Source of the DNA: Octopus vulgaris
Taxonomy: Eukaryota
Direction: 5' to 3'
Assembly (NCBI GenBank): GCA_951406725.2
Contig: OX597828.1
Coordinates: 17,546,001 to 17,610,000 of the forward strand
DNA length: 64,000 nucleotides
The position numbers and the translations under genes are program-made. Shown here piece by piece: positions 1-13,780 of the stretch (positions within the stretch are counted from its first letter, which is position 1; each line of letters begins with the position of its first letter). Under the pieces are notes generated by a model. That model ran no database searches. It was not told the DNA's origin and was given only the letters and a program-made list of their open reading frames with translations.

Positions 1-31
1 GGCAGTGGTCAGACGCGGGAGGGACAATATA

Positions 32-240
32 CAAGGGGGTACGAAAAGTTCCTGGCTTTAAGGGTATCGTGAAGGATCTGGTACGAGGCCTAATAGTCCG
101 AGTTCTTTTACAAGTATCAGAAAAACTGAAGGGGCGCTGCAATAAGAGTTTGAATCTGAGAGGTGAATATGTTGAATAAAATCCTAACAGATTCCCCTGT
201 ATTTTCTTTTACCCAAAGCTAGGAACTTTTCAACACCTTC
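32..240 (+). mobile_element. mariner-derived MITE
   Basis: Imperfect TIRs (GGGGGTACGAAAAGTTCCTGGCTTT / AAAGCTAGGAACTTTTCAACACCTT) with TA on both flanks. The interior encodes a mariner-like C-terminus EKLKGRCNKSLNLRGEYVE*. A second copy lies at 22252-22469. Confidence 0.75.
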
Positions 241-451
241 TATATACGCACACACTCACACAGACAACACACACAAAAACGCACACATATTTATAGATAA
301 ACATACAGAACAATTATTTATATACATATGTATGTACACATTCATAGACATGTACGTAATTATATATGCATATCCACATGTATGGGTGGACATGTTTTTA
401 TATACGCTTATATGTACAACACACATCCATACGCACCTACACCCCCACCAC

Positions 452-497
<46 letters not shown>

Positions 498-714
498 AAG
501 TATACATAGTCATGTGTGCACGCATACATTACCGTCTGTACAAACATATGGTAAACGTACTCAATTAGACAAAATGCTGAGAATTGTACAAAAGGCCTCA
601 ACCTTGTATAACTGTTATGATATATATATAGTGTGTATGCGTGAGTGTGTGTGTGTATGCGTGAGTGTGTGTGTATGCGTGAGTGTGTGTGTGTGTCTGT
701 ATTAATATTGATAT

Positions 715-767
<53 letters not shown>

Positions 768-1233
768 TTTATATTTATATGTACATATACTAAATCTGCA
801 ATGAACTAACGAAGCCAGGATCATCTTCAGAAGCGTTACCGAAATGAACATTTGATAACATTGATGTGAAACGCTGAGGGAAGTTTGATGAAATCTTGAG
901 AAAGTAAGCATTGTATACGTATCTGATTTTATTTTCGAAATGCCAGAACCTCTAGCAGAGAATAGGTACATTTCACGGTTGACTGAACAAAATCTGTCGA
1001 CATTCCTATTAATGTTTCGCGAATAGTCCTGTTCAACGTCGTGTTTTTTTTTAGCTATTTTTGTTTATTTCTTTTAAGCAAGACATATATAAAAAAATTA
1101 TAAATTATGAAAGAAAACCTTTGAGCTTTGATCATATTTTATCATACTTCCCTTCCTTTTGTATCGTTTTTTTACACACGCACACCTACACACACATATA
1201 TGCATATTTATACGTGTATATATATACCTATGC

Positions 1234-1264
<31 letters not shown>

Positions 1265-2799
1265 CACACAAACGTAGACATATGCATATATATATATTTG
1301 CCTGTGTTCGTGTGTGTGCGTGTGTGTATGTGTGTGTGTGTGTGTGTGTGCGTGTGTATCATAGATGTTATCATTTTGCAAATATCTTCATAACTCACGG
1401 CACTTCCTGACAAGCAGCTAAGTATATAATATTCGAAGTATCAGGCAGTGTAGAGTCGAAAGTGAGGCTATAAATATTGTAAACTTAGAATTCAGTGAGA
1501 CAAAATCAAAGCGAGACTGTAAGCAATAACAAATAAAAAATACAACCAAATACACACACATACACACACAAAAAAAAAATAGAATTAAAAGAAATAACAA
1601 GAGCAACATCTCATTGTCTGGCAATGAATCATTTCAAGGTACATTGAAACTTTTATTAGCGTTATCGCAGATGCAGAAAATCATACAAGTAGATATAACA
1701 CGTGATAGAACAATACGCTGATTCTAATACTGCAATGTACCTTTGAGTAGTAGTAAAGGTTATTTTGTTGTCAGTTAATGAAAAATTTCAGTGGTTTGAA
1801 AACTTTTAATAATTTCACTAAATAAAATAGTTTTTGCACGATTTTCATAATTTAGTTTTAGTTTTTAAAATAAAATGCCGGCAAGAAAATAACATCACTA
1901 GGTGAGACAAGCTACCACTGAATTAGCCTCGCTGATTGACAGGTGATGGTTTCGTTTAGAGAATGCGTGGGCTAAGTCTACGCGCCTTCATTGATCAGTT
2001 AAATGTGAGGCAGTGTCACCTGACAACTTGCTGGGGCTGCCTGCTAGAGCCTAGCAGCAGGTATTTAAAGGGAAATTTGAGAAGACAGTCAGTCGTCCGC
2101 TGACACTCATTGACGCCACACTGAATAGGCCAGGGAACAGAAGAAATAAGAAAGAAGGCATGCACTCAACACCGAAAGGTGGGGGAGGCGCCACGTCAAA
2201 ACGGTAGAGGAGTAGGAGCCAAAACCGGACGTGGTTCCTCCTGATGATGTCTTGAGCTAACTGGATCCTATAAAGGAGCTGTTGTGGTAGTAGACCACGA
2301 AACACAGTTGAAATTCCTCCTTGTTGAATAGTCACAGGCAGAATCGTTTGCATGTCCAACAAAATCTTAACGGCATTTTGTCCGTCTTTATGTTCTGAGT
2401 TCAAATTCTTACAAGATTGCTTCTTGCATTTCATCATTTCGGTGTCGATTAAAGAGGTACCAATTTGGACACTGTGGTTGATGTAGTCGCCCTACCTCTC
2501 CCTCGAAATTGCTGGCCTTGTGCCAAAATTGGAGACCAATATTACAGAACATCTTAGAATACGGAGGCTGATCGACGTATCGTGTCTCAAGCATAATTTT
2601 GTAGTTCTCTTTTCCGTTATGGTGTTATGAAATCTACCCCCACTGTGTGGTCCACGACGACGGGTGTCTTTTTCTACAAAACTTTGGTTCGACCCAATCT
2701 GTTAGTAGACAGCATTCAGCAGACAGCTCTCCTATGTATTTCCATATATTCTGTACACTTAACAGCAAACATGCACATGTAAATTTTAGTCATTCATTA

Positions 2800-3050
2800 C
2801 CTGGCACTCCGTCGGTTACAACCTCGTGTGTTTCAGTTGATGAGGACAGGCTGCTTTTGAAATTAAATCGTAAGTGACTGAGCTCTCAACAGATATGCGT
2901 ACCGTCAACGTAATTCTCAAAAGTTTTAACTTGACACTCAATGTGACAGGGTTGGCCTTTTGGAATACAATGACAACACATTTTTGCCAGTAGAGTGAAC
3001 GGGAGTAACGAGAAATAAAGTCTCTTACTGGATGACACATGCTCCATTGC
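2800..3050 (-). mobile_element. degenerate SINE fragment (shares core with family C)
   Basis: CATTTTTGCCAG..GAGTGAAC.GGAGTAACG.GAAATAAAGT matches the core of the SINEs at 52650-52965 and 37076-37321. Confidence 0.45.
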
Positions 3051-3074
3051 ATTTTTTCCTCCTAGTTATATAGA

Positions 3075-3290
3075 CGTACATGGCCTTTTGCCTTTTTTCG
3101 TAAAGTATGTTTTCTCCACTAGACCGGACGCCAATTCCTCCTAGGATTACTCGTTTTTGCCAGCTGAGTGGACTCGAGTAATACAAAATGAAGTGTTTTG
3201 CTCAAAAACACAACGCGTTTCCCGGTCCAGGAATCAGAACCGCAATCTCATGATTATGATTCCAACGCCCTCACCACTAAACAGTCATCC
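3075..3290 (-). mobile_element. tRNA-derived SINE, family C (degenerate)
   Basis: Reverse-complement similarity to 37076-37321 (GAAGTGTTTTGCTCAA.AACACAACGC...CCCGGTCCAGGAATC). Confidence 0.65.
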
Positions 3291-3381
3291 ATTATATGTG
3301 TATATTAATCTAAATGTATATATATATACACAAACATACATATATACACGCATACATTAATATACATACACAAAAACGTAC

Positions 3382-3413
<32 letters not shown>

Positions 3414-3442
3414 AGATATGCATACGTATATACATACATACC

Positions 3443-3479
<37 letters not shown>

Positions 3480-3487
<8 letters not shown>

Positions 3488-4060
3488 TTCGTTTTGGGAT
3501 TTGGTTTGCAAGATTTTTTTATGCGAGTTTGTGTGTTAAACCATAATGTGTTGTGTCTGGGGAGAGTCATTTTCTTTTGCTGCCTTATAATATAACACAC
3601 TCACTGGTAAAATTATAAAATACGGATAAGATTTTTCGATAAAATTTTATCAATGGGCAACATATTAAAATACCATTTAAGGTAAAAATTATAAACATTT
3701 ATAAATAAGAGAAAAGACAATAATTTTCTATGCCAATATGCTGAAAAGTAGATTTTAGATCGTCTACCCACAAAATATTTTTCACTATAAATATTCAGCG
3801 TGTTGAAACGAGGAAAACAAGCTAACCGAACATTTTAAAATTATATTATCTCCGAATCAGGCCGACTTCTGGACTAATACTAAAGAATTCTTCCTTCATC
3901 AGCGAGAAACATGATAAGAACGAATGGAATTCCAACATATTCCCACTGAAAAAGCAAATGAAAATCATGAGTACTTTTAAGTAGCCCAAATATATCCAAA
4001 CACTCTGTTTTTCAACATATTGGCATAGAAGACTTGTTTCTTTTGCCCTTATTTATTATT
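3480..4060 (-). mobile_element. PLE-like terminal repeat with hammerhead motif and inverted partial copy
   Basis: 3480-3620 is similar to 49425-49570. A hammerhead-like motif lies at 3850-3906(-). A 22-bp inverted repeat pairs 3726-3747 with 4009-4030. The segment is 3' of the PLE RT remnant on the same strand. Confidence 0.55.
3850..3906 (-). ncRNA. degenerate type I hammerhead ribozyme motif
   Basis: Minus strand reads ctcg-CTGATGA-a-gga...tcc-a-GAAG-tcggcctga-TT-cggag. Stems I-III are formable, with an A15.1>G change. Confidence 0.5.
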
Positions 4061-4061
4061 G

Positions 4062-4123
<62 letters not shown>

Positions 4124-4399
4124 TAAAGGCAGAAAATGCTAAAATAATTTTATAAACAACAATATTTGCGTATGTGTTATTCTAAACAGCAATAGTAGTA
4201 AAGTAAGGAAGGAGGTGGCGGAGAGAGAGAAAACGAAGAAGAAGGGGAAAGATAAGAGAGAACAATAAAGGATGCAGGTGGTATGATAGTAGTAGAATGT
4301 TAAATAGTCAAGTGACCTAAAAGTGATTCGTTGTAGATTATAGCTGTGATTGGGACTGTTTTTTTTATGAATTCTTGTGTATCTCTTAAATGTATAATT

Positions 4400-4960
4400 T
4401 TTTCAAAAGGAACTGCCTGCTAATGTCATTGGATCCGTTCTCTGTTATGTAGATTTCAAAGTCAAGCAGAGATAAAGGACCAGTATTATTGAGGTTCTTC
4501 ACTTCAAATTTTATATGTTCATCGATACTGTTGAACATAATTTTAACAACTTGTTCTCAGGGCGATTCGATTATGAGGAGTTCATGCACAGAGCTAGCGG
4601 AAAAGGCACAGAATTGACAGCTGCAGAGAGCTCTGCGTTCTAACCCGTCTATATACGGGGTGTCCAGTAGGTCCGACAAGCTTGTCTCCCATCGGCAGTC
4701 CAGAGATTTGTATGTAAATGGACAACTTGAACTTGAAGTAGATATTGTCCATAATAATAGGTGGGAGTTTATGGATATAAGAAGCTGTGATTCCAAAGCA
4801 GCTAATATTTTGGATGAGAGGAGCCGTGTTGTTCCGTTCAAAGTCGACAGCTGATATTGCTGGGATAGAGCTGTATAGGAAAACAATGTCCATGATAAAA
4901 TGGTAGTAATCTTTTCTTAACTATGGATTGTTCGAGATCTTTCACTTTGTTGATGACTGC
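4400..4960 (-). pseudogene. Penelope-like retroelement reverse transcriptase remnant (frameshifted)
   Basis: Motifs occur in PLE order across frames: MDIVFLYSSIP (motif A, cf. LDVxSLYTSIP), NIYFKFKLSIYIQISGLPMG (motif B), SLSDLLDTPYIDGLERRAL, and FNSIDEHIKFEV...LSLLDFEI. The YVDD motif has decayed. Confidence 0.85.
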
Positions 4961-5817
4961 AGCCTGGCACTCTCTCATGCAACACTTTTACGGATGATGG
5001 CTATCTCAAAAGCTGATAGATGGGGAGGTCTCCCAGGACGCCACTGCGGCGGTAATCCGCAAGTCCACAAGACATCCGCAGAGTATATGATAAAAGGAAA
5101 CGAATCAAAGAATGGAATTAGAAAATGGCGTTTCATTACCTTCAATTAAACCAGCTTTTGTGTCGTGCCGTTCCCATGTCAACAATTACTGGTTTATCTC
5201 CATGTACTGTGCAATTGTTCCGTGACATCTCACACCAAAGCCAATTCGTCTGAACGATTTTACAATTAGAAGTCTTGAAGAAGGACATATAACTGAAAGC
5301 TTAGATTTCGTATTGCTTGCGAGAATACATTTAAAAAAATGTTTTCTTCGCTCGTATCCTAGTTGTCATGTTTTTGCTTATGTTTCGTGGTTATACATAA
5401 GTAATAGCGCTACAGCAACTGTTGTGCAGGTTTAGCTTTTCGAAAACGCTCTACTATATTGTAGGATTGGAAACTTCGCTGTCTTAAAATTCCTACATTG
5501 ACAGTAACGTGGTGCTCCTCTTATTAGACGTTCTAAGCGAATGTGTGCATTATGTTCCGTTGTTTTAAGATCGTTTTCGGTTGACTGCCACAATATACGT
5601 CATTCGCCATTAATGTGCCGTGTACTGTTTCCGTGTTCTTTCGAATGACATTTTCTAACCAGAGGGTAAGTAGTTGTATTTCAGTCATAACGTTGGAGAT
5701 AATTTGTTTCTATGACCTTGGATTCAGAGCAACGCTGGTTGATTTATTACAAAGCAGCAATTTGCAATGTGAGTGACAAATCATGAACTCCGAATAATGG
5801 AAGAATGCATCTAATGC

Positions 5818-5875
<58 letters not shown>

Positions 5876-5924
5876 TTGTGTGTGTGTGTGTGTAACATAT
5901 ATTAACATACTCTTTTTTTAAAAC

Positions 5925-6125
5925 TTGTTTCAGTCATTTGAGTGTGGCCATGATGGAGCACCGCCTTTAGTCGAACAAATCGACCCCATGGCTTATTCTT
6001 TGTAAGCCTAGTACTTATTCTATCGGTCTCTTTTGCCGAACCGCTAAGTTACGGGGACGTAAACACACCAGCATCTGTTGTCAAGCGATGTTGGGAGGAC
6101 AAACACAGACACACAAACATATGCA
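5925..6125 (-). mobile_element. SINE family A, 3' half followed by expanded microsatellite
   Basis: TGTTTCAGTCATTTGA.TG.GGCCATG.TGGAGCACCGCCTTTAGTCGA... matches 30752-31140. Confidence 0.85.
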
Positions 6126-6285
6126 CACACATACACATATATACATATATATATATAAACATACACACACACATATATATATATGTATGCATAAAAGTAC
6201 ATATGTGCACGTGTACATATATGTATATAAACGTGTGTGTGTATACGTGTGTGTGCATGTATATATATATATATGTATATATATG

Positions 6286-6319
<34 letters not shown>

Positions 6320-7250
6320 CATGTGTGTGTGCGTGTGTGTGAGTGTGAGTATGTGTGAATATGTGTGTGTGTGTGTACATATCTCATGAACATTGGCAAG
6401 TCGGTGCGGCGAACAAAAATACCTGTGACATTCCGTTCCGTCTGATTAGCTCCCTTTAATGTCAGGATCCTATTTCACCATTATCCTTTTTTACCAGAGG
6501 TAGAAGATAAAATATGTACCAGATAAATTACTGGTGTCGATATAATCAATCGCAGTTCAATGACTGGAACAAATAAAAGCAATAAAATTATACACGAACA
6601 TTGGTAATGTGTAACACTATTAATGTTCAGTTTGCGTTAGGATTTTAATAAAAAGCGTAAGAAGGAAAAGTCATAGAAGGCAATTCTAGTTTAAAACATA
6701 TTGCTCAATGGCGTCCAATGATTGATTGAATCGAGTATATTGGGCAATGATTGAATCCAGTAAGGTTAGATAAGTATGCATTTATTAACTTTTAGTGGTG
6801 GAAACAGAAAAGACAAACGAAGGAGAAATCTCTTTGGTGAACAATTGGTTATATAATGCCGGGAGATTGAGCATTTGTCATGCATGTTAACTTTTGTATG
6901 CAGTTCAAAATGTGCATCGTCCATATTCAATTTAACCTAGAATTCCGATGTAAGATCTATAATCTGTACAATATACAACTCCGTTGTCAATCGTTCGCTA
7001 GATTCGCTTGTTATCGTCTGATCTGTGATGTTGTTCAGCTTCATAGATTATTTAACTTGATATTGTAGGTTAAATGGCAAGAACGCTGTCCAAGGAAATT
7101 GCACACGATTATATATATAGAATGCACTAGAGAAGGATAAATGTAAGACTTTAGTGTTCAATATAACAAATGAATAGAATTAGGAAAATTAGCAAGTCAA
7201 TTAACAGGAAAACGAAGGATTTTTCGAAGAAGAAAATCTTTGCAAGCCGC

Positions 7251-7307
<57 letters not shown>

Positions 7308-7350
7308 TGCATATATATATATATATATATATACGTACATACATATATAG

Positions 7351-7390
<40 letters not shown>

Positions 7391-7428
7391 TCCATACGTA
7401 CATATGTATATACATAAATATGTATATA

Positions 7429-7502
<74 letters not shown>

Positions 7503-7983
7503 CATATGTATGTGTCTGTCTAGTTGTATGTATGCATGTATATACTCACAGACATATACACACGTTTATAGATATGTGTATATGACATGAGCAAATTTCT
7601 CTTACACATTCCCTGGATGAAAAAGATGTAGTTAAGTATTATTATATTAAACGTAGTAAGCTTTAGAAACCTGAACTAAAAAATACCTATATTGTTAGAA
7701 AAACGTATGGCATTAAGCAACAAGTAATATTATTTTAAATAGTTTGACAAGCAATGGAGACAATGTCGAACATAAGTCGATCATATTGATAATATTGTGC
7801 CTTCTTAACAACGTACATACTGCATAGGATTTTCTGGAATAGTGATAAATGAATCCCGAAATGTGTGCTGGTTTATTTAGGAATCCAAAATTCTTTACAG
7901 AATAACATACTCAGAGATACCTTCAGCATATATAAGTAATACTTAGATTAACATATTCAATGCAATGAATATTAAAAATGTAG

Positions 7984-8309
7984 CTGGAAATGTTTATGCG
8001 GTAAAGAATATATATCATTGACTAATATTTTCTCTCTATTTCCAAAAGTACGGGAGACAACTCTGGCCATGTTTATTATGATCTCATTAGGGAAGCGCAG
8101 ACTTATCGCAATGATTAATATGGTATATGTTTTCGTAATAGCACAACTGGAAACGTTTCTGCTGTAAAGAATATATATCATTGACTAATATTTTCTCTCT
8201 ATTTCTAAAAATACGGGAGACAACTCAGGGCATGTTTATTATGATCTCATTAGGGAAGCGCAGAATTATCGCAATAATGAATATGGTATATGTTTTCGTA
8301 ATAACATAC
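7984..8309 (+). repeat. tandem duplication, 2 x 163 bp
   Basis: 7984-8146 and 8147-8309 align with scattered substitutions. Confidence 0.9.
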
Positions 8310-8754
8310 TGATTTCTATTTAGAATTGTTAATAAGCCCGGTATTAAATTTAAATTTTGAGGGTAGGATGGCATCTTGGGGGTAACCAAATCACTGATTA
8401 TAAGTTGAGGTGGAAAAGCTCAGAGAGAAGTGAGGGGACAATGTGGAATAATGTGTAGTGTTTTAGCATATATTTTAGGTATTGTGATGTAAGTAAATGC
8501 AGAACTAACTGCGCAGTGATGAATGATAACCGAATTAAATTATTTTGCACGTACTGAGATCTGTGAATTGCCAGAATGGTTAGATCGTTGGTAAAAAATG
8601 CCAACGTCGGTATTTTCTCCGGCACTTTACATATTGAGTTCAAATCGATGCTAAGTTTAACTTCCATTCCGTTCTGGGTCGATAAGAAAGTATCACTCAA
8701 GTACTGGTGAAGATATGATCGACAAATATCTGTTAGTCCACATTATTCCATAAG

Positions 8755-9186
8755 GTTGGTTTCCCGGTTTCTCTGCCATATATACTCCTCCCTGGATGGG
8801 TCGCCGATCAGTCACAGTATTACTCATTTTTGCCAGCTGAGTAGACTAGAGTAATCCTTTCTTCTATAGTCATAAGGTCTGGGGGAGAGGCTCTGTCGAT
8901 TACATCGACCCCAACACTCAACTGTTACTGATTTCATCGACTCCGAAAGGATGAAAGGCGAAGTCGACCACAGGGGAATCTAGACTCAGAACGTACCGTC
9001 GGGCGAAATACCGCTAAGCATTCACCCCTGCGTGCAAACGGTTCTGCCGGGTCGCCACCTTTGTAGATTGGAGTAATGTGAAATGAAGTGTCTTGTTCAT
9101 GAACGCATCGCATTGCTCGACCCAGGAATTGAAACAGCAGCCTTACAATCATGAATCCAATACCCTAACCACTAAGCTATGCGCGA
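8755..9186 (-). mobile_element. SINE family C interrupted by a family B SINE
   Basis: Family C halves at about 8755-8850 and 9070-9186 flank a family B copy at about 8853-9058. Confidence 0.7.
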
Positions 9187-9799
9187 CGCAATCGGCTAAT
9201 ATCTTCACCTGTCATTTGAGGCCTCGTTCCCCATATAAATATTTCATGGTTACTTTGATTTCGTGGCCAAAACAGAGCTAGACTTAACTTACTGGGAAAT
9301 GTATTTTGATCATAACAAATCTAAGATCTATATGAAAGTGTCTCCTCTTTGTCGAATACAGCGCAGAGCACTTACTCTTGGTCACCAGGTTACTACGCGA
9401 TCCGAATGGTTCCTTGTTCAGTTGCTGGAGACAGTCCTCCATAGGGGAATGAATTTTTTTCCAGGTTATTTAACGTCCTTAAACGATGGAACACCCTATT
9501 GTGTTCCATGTCATCCTTTACTGGTTTTAATATCAATTGTCTTGTGTAAGGCGGAAATCTGGGAGACTCATTAGTACATCGGACAAAATGCATTGCCACA
9601 TTTCGTCCGCTTTTATGTTCAAATTCATCAGAGATTGAATTTGATCTCATCATCTTGGAATCGATAAAATATTTACCAACTGAGCGCTGGGGTAAATGTA
9701 ATCGACTTATCAATTCTCTCAAACTTGATGGCCTTGCAACAAGATTTGAGACCAATATCAATGGCCTTGTGCCTTCTAGCTAATATGGTGGTTGTAGAT

Positions 9800-10215
9800 T
9801 GTTTAAGATATTAGGGTACCAGACAAAATGCCTTGAGTATATTTTTACCGGTTCTTTTGGGTTGAGGTAAAATCTCAAACCGAAAGTGAAAGTTGAACGT
9901 TCCTCTTTAATCCTTTCGTGGGCGTCAGTAAAATTACGTACCTATTAATCATTGGACGTCGATATAATCGACTAGCACCTCCCCTCAATTCAACTTTCCT
10001 GGTTTGGGACTAAAAATTAGAAGATTGGTGAGCAAAACAGTCAGAGCATTGGGGCATTTTTTTCTTTTTGCAGTATAACTTATGACACTTTAGGTCCTCA
10101 GTTCAAAATCCATCGCGGCCAACTTCGGCTTTCATTTCTTCGATATTCATAAGCTAAAGTAGCAATTAAATATCGGGGTGGATGATATCAACTACAACGC
10201 CTTCCCTCAAAGATG
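9800..10215 (+). mobile_element. two adjacent, highly degenerate family B SINEs
   Basis: Residual CTTT.ATCCTTTCG.GG..GTC.ATAAA and GTCGAT.TAATCGACT motifs appear twice. Confidence 0.45.
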
Positions 10216-10241
10216 CTGGTTTTAATGAAAATAATACTATC

Positions 10242-10514
<273 letters not shown>

Positions 10515-10963
10515 ATATATTTTAATTGTTGCTACATGAAATGATTCAAATTAGATCGGAAATTATGTTAGTCATATTTTTTTTTTACCCGTTAAGCGTT
10601 TCTAAATTTGCTGAGAATTGCAATTATCTGAAAAATAATCACTAAAAGAAAATATTAATTTTTATTTTCATTTGTTTCAAAAAATTTTTCTATTATTTTT
10701 CATTTATTATTTATTTACTTTTATGATTGCTACTATTTTAATTTTGAATTGCTGTTTCATTTTTTTTTTTATCTTTATTTTGATTTTCGACAAAAGCGAT
10801 GCTATCTTCCTTAGGAAATTTTTAACAATTCGCGGTATTATATTTAATACCTTTGCGATAAAAGCAGGTAATATTTAAAGTAATTAAGGTTCACAGGAAC
10901 ATTTCAAGTAAGCTGAATAAAAACAAAGAATATAAGAAAAAATAATCAAACACATGAGATACA

Positions 10964-10964
<1 letters not shown>

Positions 10965-11041
<77 letters not shown>

Positions 11042-11100
11042 TTAATAATAATAATGATTTAATAATAATAATGATAATAATAATAATGATAATAATAATG

Positions 11101-11156
<56 letters not shown>

Positions 11157-11160
11157 TATA
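10965..11160. repeat. (AAT)n microsatellite
   Basis: Direct inspection. Confidence 0.95.
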
Positions 11161-11389
11161 ATATCAATAATAAAAATAGCGTTGTAGTTCTTCAATTTGA
11201 TCATTCCAATTCTTTTCGATTCATGTCCGGAGGTAGGATTGAATTTGATCAAAAATACAGATTGCTCAAGCATTTGGGGGAAACTTGAAGTGTGGCAGCG
11301 TCAGAGCAATAAAGCTATTTAGAAATAGAAGACAATGAAAAAAGAAAAAAACCCATATATCGCAGAAATTTGAAAAACAGAATTGGACA

Positions 11390-11651
11390 TGATGATAAAG
11401 TTGATGGCGATGATGGTGATGATGATGATGATGATGATTATATATTTGAAGATGAGGAAAAGGATAATGATAAGGATAATAATAATAACGATGAGGACGA
11501 TGTTGATGACGATGATGATGATCATCGTCATCATCATCATCGTCGTCATCATCGTGGGGGTCGACGTCCTGCTATTGATCCTGGAGATAATAGTGTTGTT
11601 GTTGTTGCTGTTGTCGTCGTTGTTGGTGGGGCTGTAATAATAATAATAATA

Positions 11652-11705
<54 letters not shown>

Positions 11706-11727
11706 GTTATTATTATTATTATTATTA

Positions 11728-11777
<50 letters not shown>

Positions 11778-12015
11778 ATGATGATGATGATGAGGAGGAG
11801 GAGGAGGAGGATGACGATGAGGAAGATGAGTAGAAAGACGACGACGACGATGAGAAGGACGTGGAGGTCGAGATGCACGAGGAGGAAGGAGAGGAGGAAG
11901 AAGTACGGTAGTGAACATGATGATGATGATGGTTGTGCTTATTAGTGTAGTTGATGTTGTTGTCACTGCTGTTGTCGTCGTTGCTGCTGCTGTTGCTTTT
12001 GTTGTTGCTGTTGTC
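11390..12015. repeat. compound trinucleotide array (GAT/CAT/GTT/AAT/ATT/GAG)
   Basis: Direct inspection. Confidence 0.9.
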
Positions 12016-12129
12016 GTATTTTAACACCTGGTCGATCATGACGGAACAGATCTCTAATCATGAAGTACCCCATGATATATTGTATATATTATGTAATCTA
12101 GTTTTTAAATGGCGATTTGTAGTGTGGGA

Positions 12130-12415
12130 ACTTCGGGAACTTCGGCTTCCACTTCTCGTAGTTGAAACTCTAACACAACCAAAAGCCCTCCCATACATAT
12201 CTACACAAAACCCCTTGAAAAATGAAGCTTTCGACACCATCTTCCAGAACATTGGTATATTAAAAAGGGACCACAGAATGAATCAAACTCTCCAAACGCA
12301 CACCATCAGAAAGCGCTTGATAACCCAAATCGATGAAAAGTTTTCTAAAACAAGCCCAAGAACACTCGTCAACAACATTGAAACGGACAGTGAAAAAATG
12401 CTGAAGACCTAACGG
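12130..12415 (+). pseudogene. PLE ORF fragment (RT thumb to GIY-YIG linker region)
   Basis: PKALPYISTQNPLKNEAFDTIFQNIGILKRDHRMNQTL resembles the PLE post-RT 'LPYI.T.NP....I..N..IL..D' segment. It is followed by an inverted terminal-like repeat. Confidence 0.55.
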
Positions 12416-12436
12416 TGGCATATGCATCAACCTAAT

Positions 12437-12722
12437 CAACGAGTGAGAATTACGTAAACACACGAGAGATAAGTACAGGACAAAATACATAAAACATACA
12501 CAATAAGAACAGGACATCAACAACGAGTTAAAAATACGTTAACGCACGGGACAAAAATACAAGACAATTATCGAAAGAAGGTAACTCCTCATTAGTTGTC
12601 GGACTTTTATTACTCCCATTTCATAATTTTAGCGACAATTCTTATTGTGTATGCTCTTGGCATTTTGTCTTGTACTTATCCCTCGTGTCTTTACGTATTT
12701 TCACTCGTTGGTGATGTCCTGT
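12437..12722. repeat. inverted repeat of about 72 bp arms (PLE terminus-like)
   Basis: 12437-12509 is the imperfect reverse complement of 12638-12710. A further partial direct copy lies at 12510-12568. Confidence 0.8.
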
Positions 12723-12817
12723 ACATAATCAGTAATTTTCATTTCATTTTTTTATAATCAAACGCCACCCAGCGTTAACCACAGTAAGTTCTTTCATCTA
12801 TATGTATATATATACAT

Positions 12818-13227
12818 AGGCGCAGGAGTGGCTGTGTGGCAAGTAGCTTGCTTATTAACAACATGGTTCCGGGTTTATTCCCACTGCGTGGCACCTTGGG
12901 TAGGTGTCTTCTACTATAGCCTCGGGTCGAGCAAAGCCTTGTGGGTGGAATTTGTAGATAGAAACTGAAAGAATCCCGTCGTATATATGTATATATGTAT
13001 GCGTGTATGTATTTATGTGTTTGTGTTTGTCCCCCAACATCGCTTCACAACCGATGGCGATGTGTCTACGTCCCCGTAACTTAGCGGTGCGGCAAAAGAC
13101 ACCGACAGAATAAGTACTAGGCTTACAAAGAACTAGTTCTGGGGTGGATTTGCTCGACTAAAGGCGGTGCTGCAGCATGGCCACAGTTACATGACTGAAA
13201 CAAGTAAACGAGTAAAGAGTAAAAAGA

Positions 13228-13229
<2 letters not shown>
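12818..13229 (+). mobile_element. full-length tRNA-derived SINE family A
   Basis: A-box-like TGGCTGTGTGG, B-box-like GGTTTATTCCC, CORE-like GCACCTTGGG.A.GTGTCTT, internal TA/TG microsatellite and (TAAAAGAG)n tail. Confidence 0.9.
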
Positions 13230-13275
<46 letters not shown>

Positions 13276-13780
13276 ATGTGTGTGTGTGTGTGTGCCTGTG
13301 TGTGTGTGTGTGTACTCGCAAACGCACTCCCTTAATGTTGAAAGTAGCAAATGTAATTTATGCATTAGAGAATAATACATTATTCTTAAATCATACGATT
13401 CGGGCACAATAAATGCATTCTCTGATACCGTTCACTCATGTACTCATAAATGTCACTCATCTTTCATGAAACTCTATAAGATGAGATATAAGGAACGAGG
13501 TATTTGGGAGCCCGGTTTCTGCCTCTATTAGTAATCAAATATTCCCAGAATTTATTGGAAAATCGACTTTTTTTAATTCTCCCATCATCCTTCAATAGAT
13601 TTTTTTTTTATTTCCCATCATCCTTCACGAGAGGTTTCTTTCGTATCTAAGCGTGAATCATCGTAAAAGTGGCTAGTATCTGTTGGAGTAGCCGATGATT
13701 CGCGTAATGTAACCAAACATTTCGTCCTTTCTTTTCATTCTATTACATGTCTTCAACCTTGATTAATTATCTATTTACTT

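Noticed and set aside
1900-2335. GC-richer block with TATTTAAA and CTGATGA...GAAA (2241-2312), a possible LTR or hammerhead
   Set aside because: Stem I pairs poorly, and there is no second copy, TG..CA ends or PBS in the window.
9590-9640. CTGATGA...GAAA on the minus strand
   Set aside because: No stems form; the sequence is a decayed family B SINE (ATTTGAAC...AAAGCGGACGAAAT).
11319-11966. 215-aa and 191-aa low-complexity ORFs
   Set aside because: They consist entirely of trinucleotide repeats that are open on both strands.
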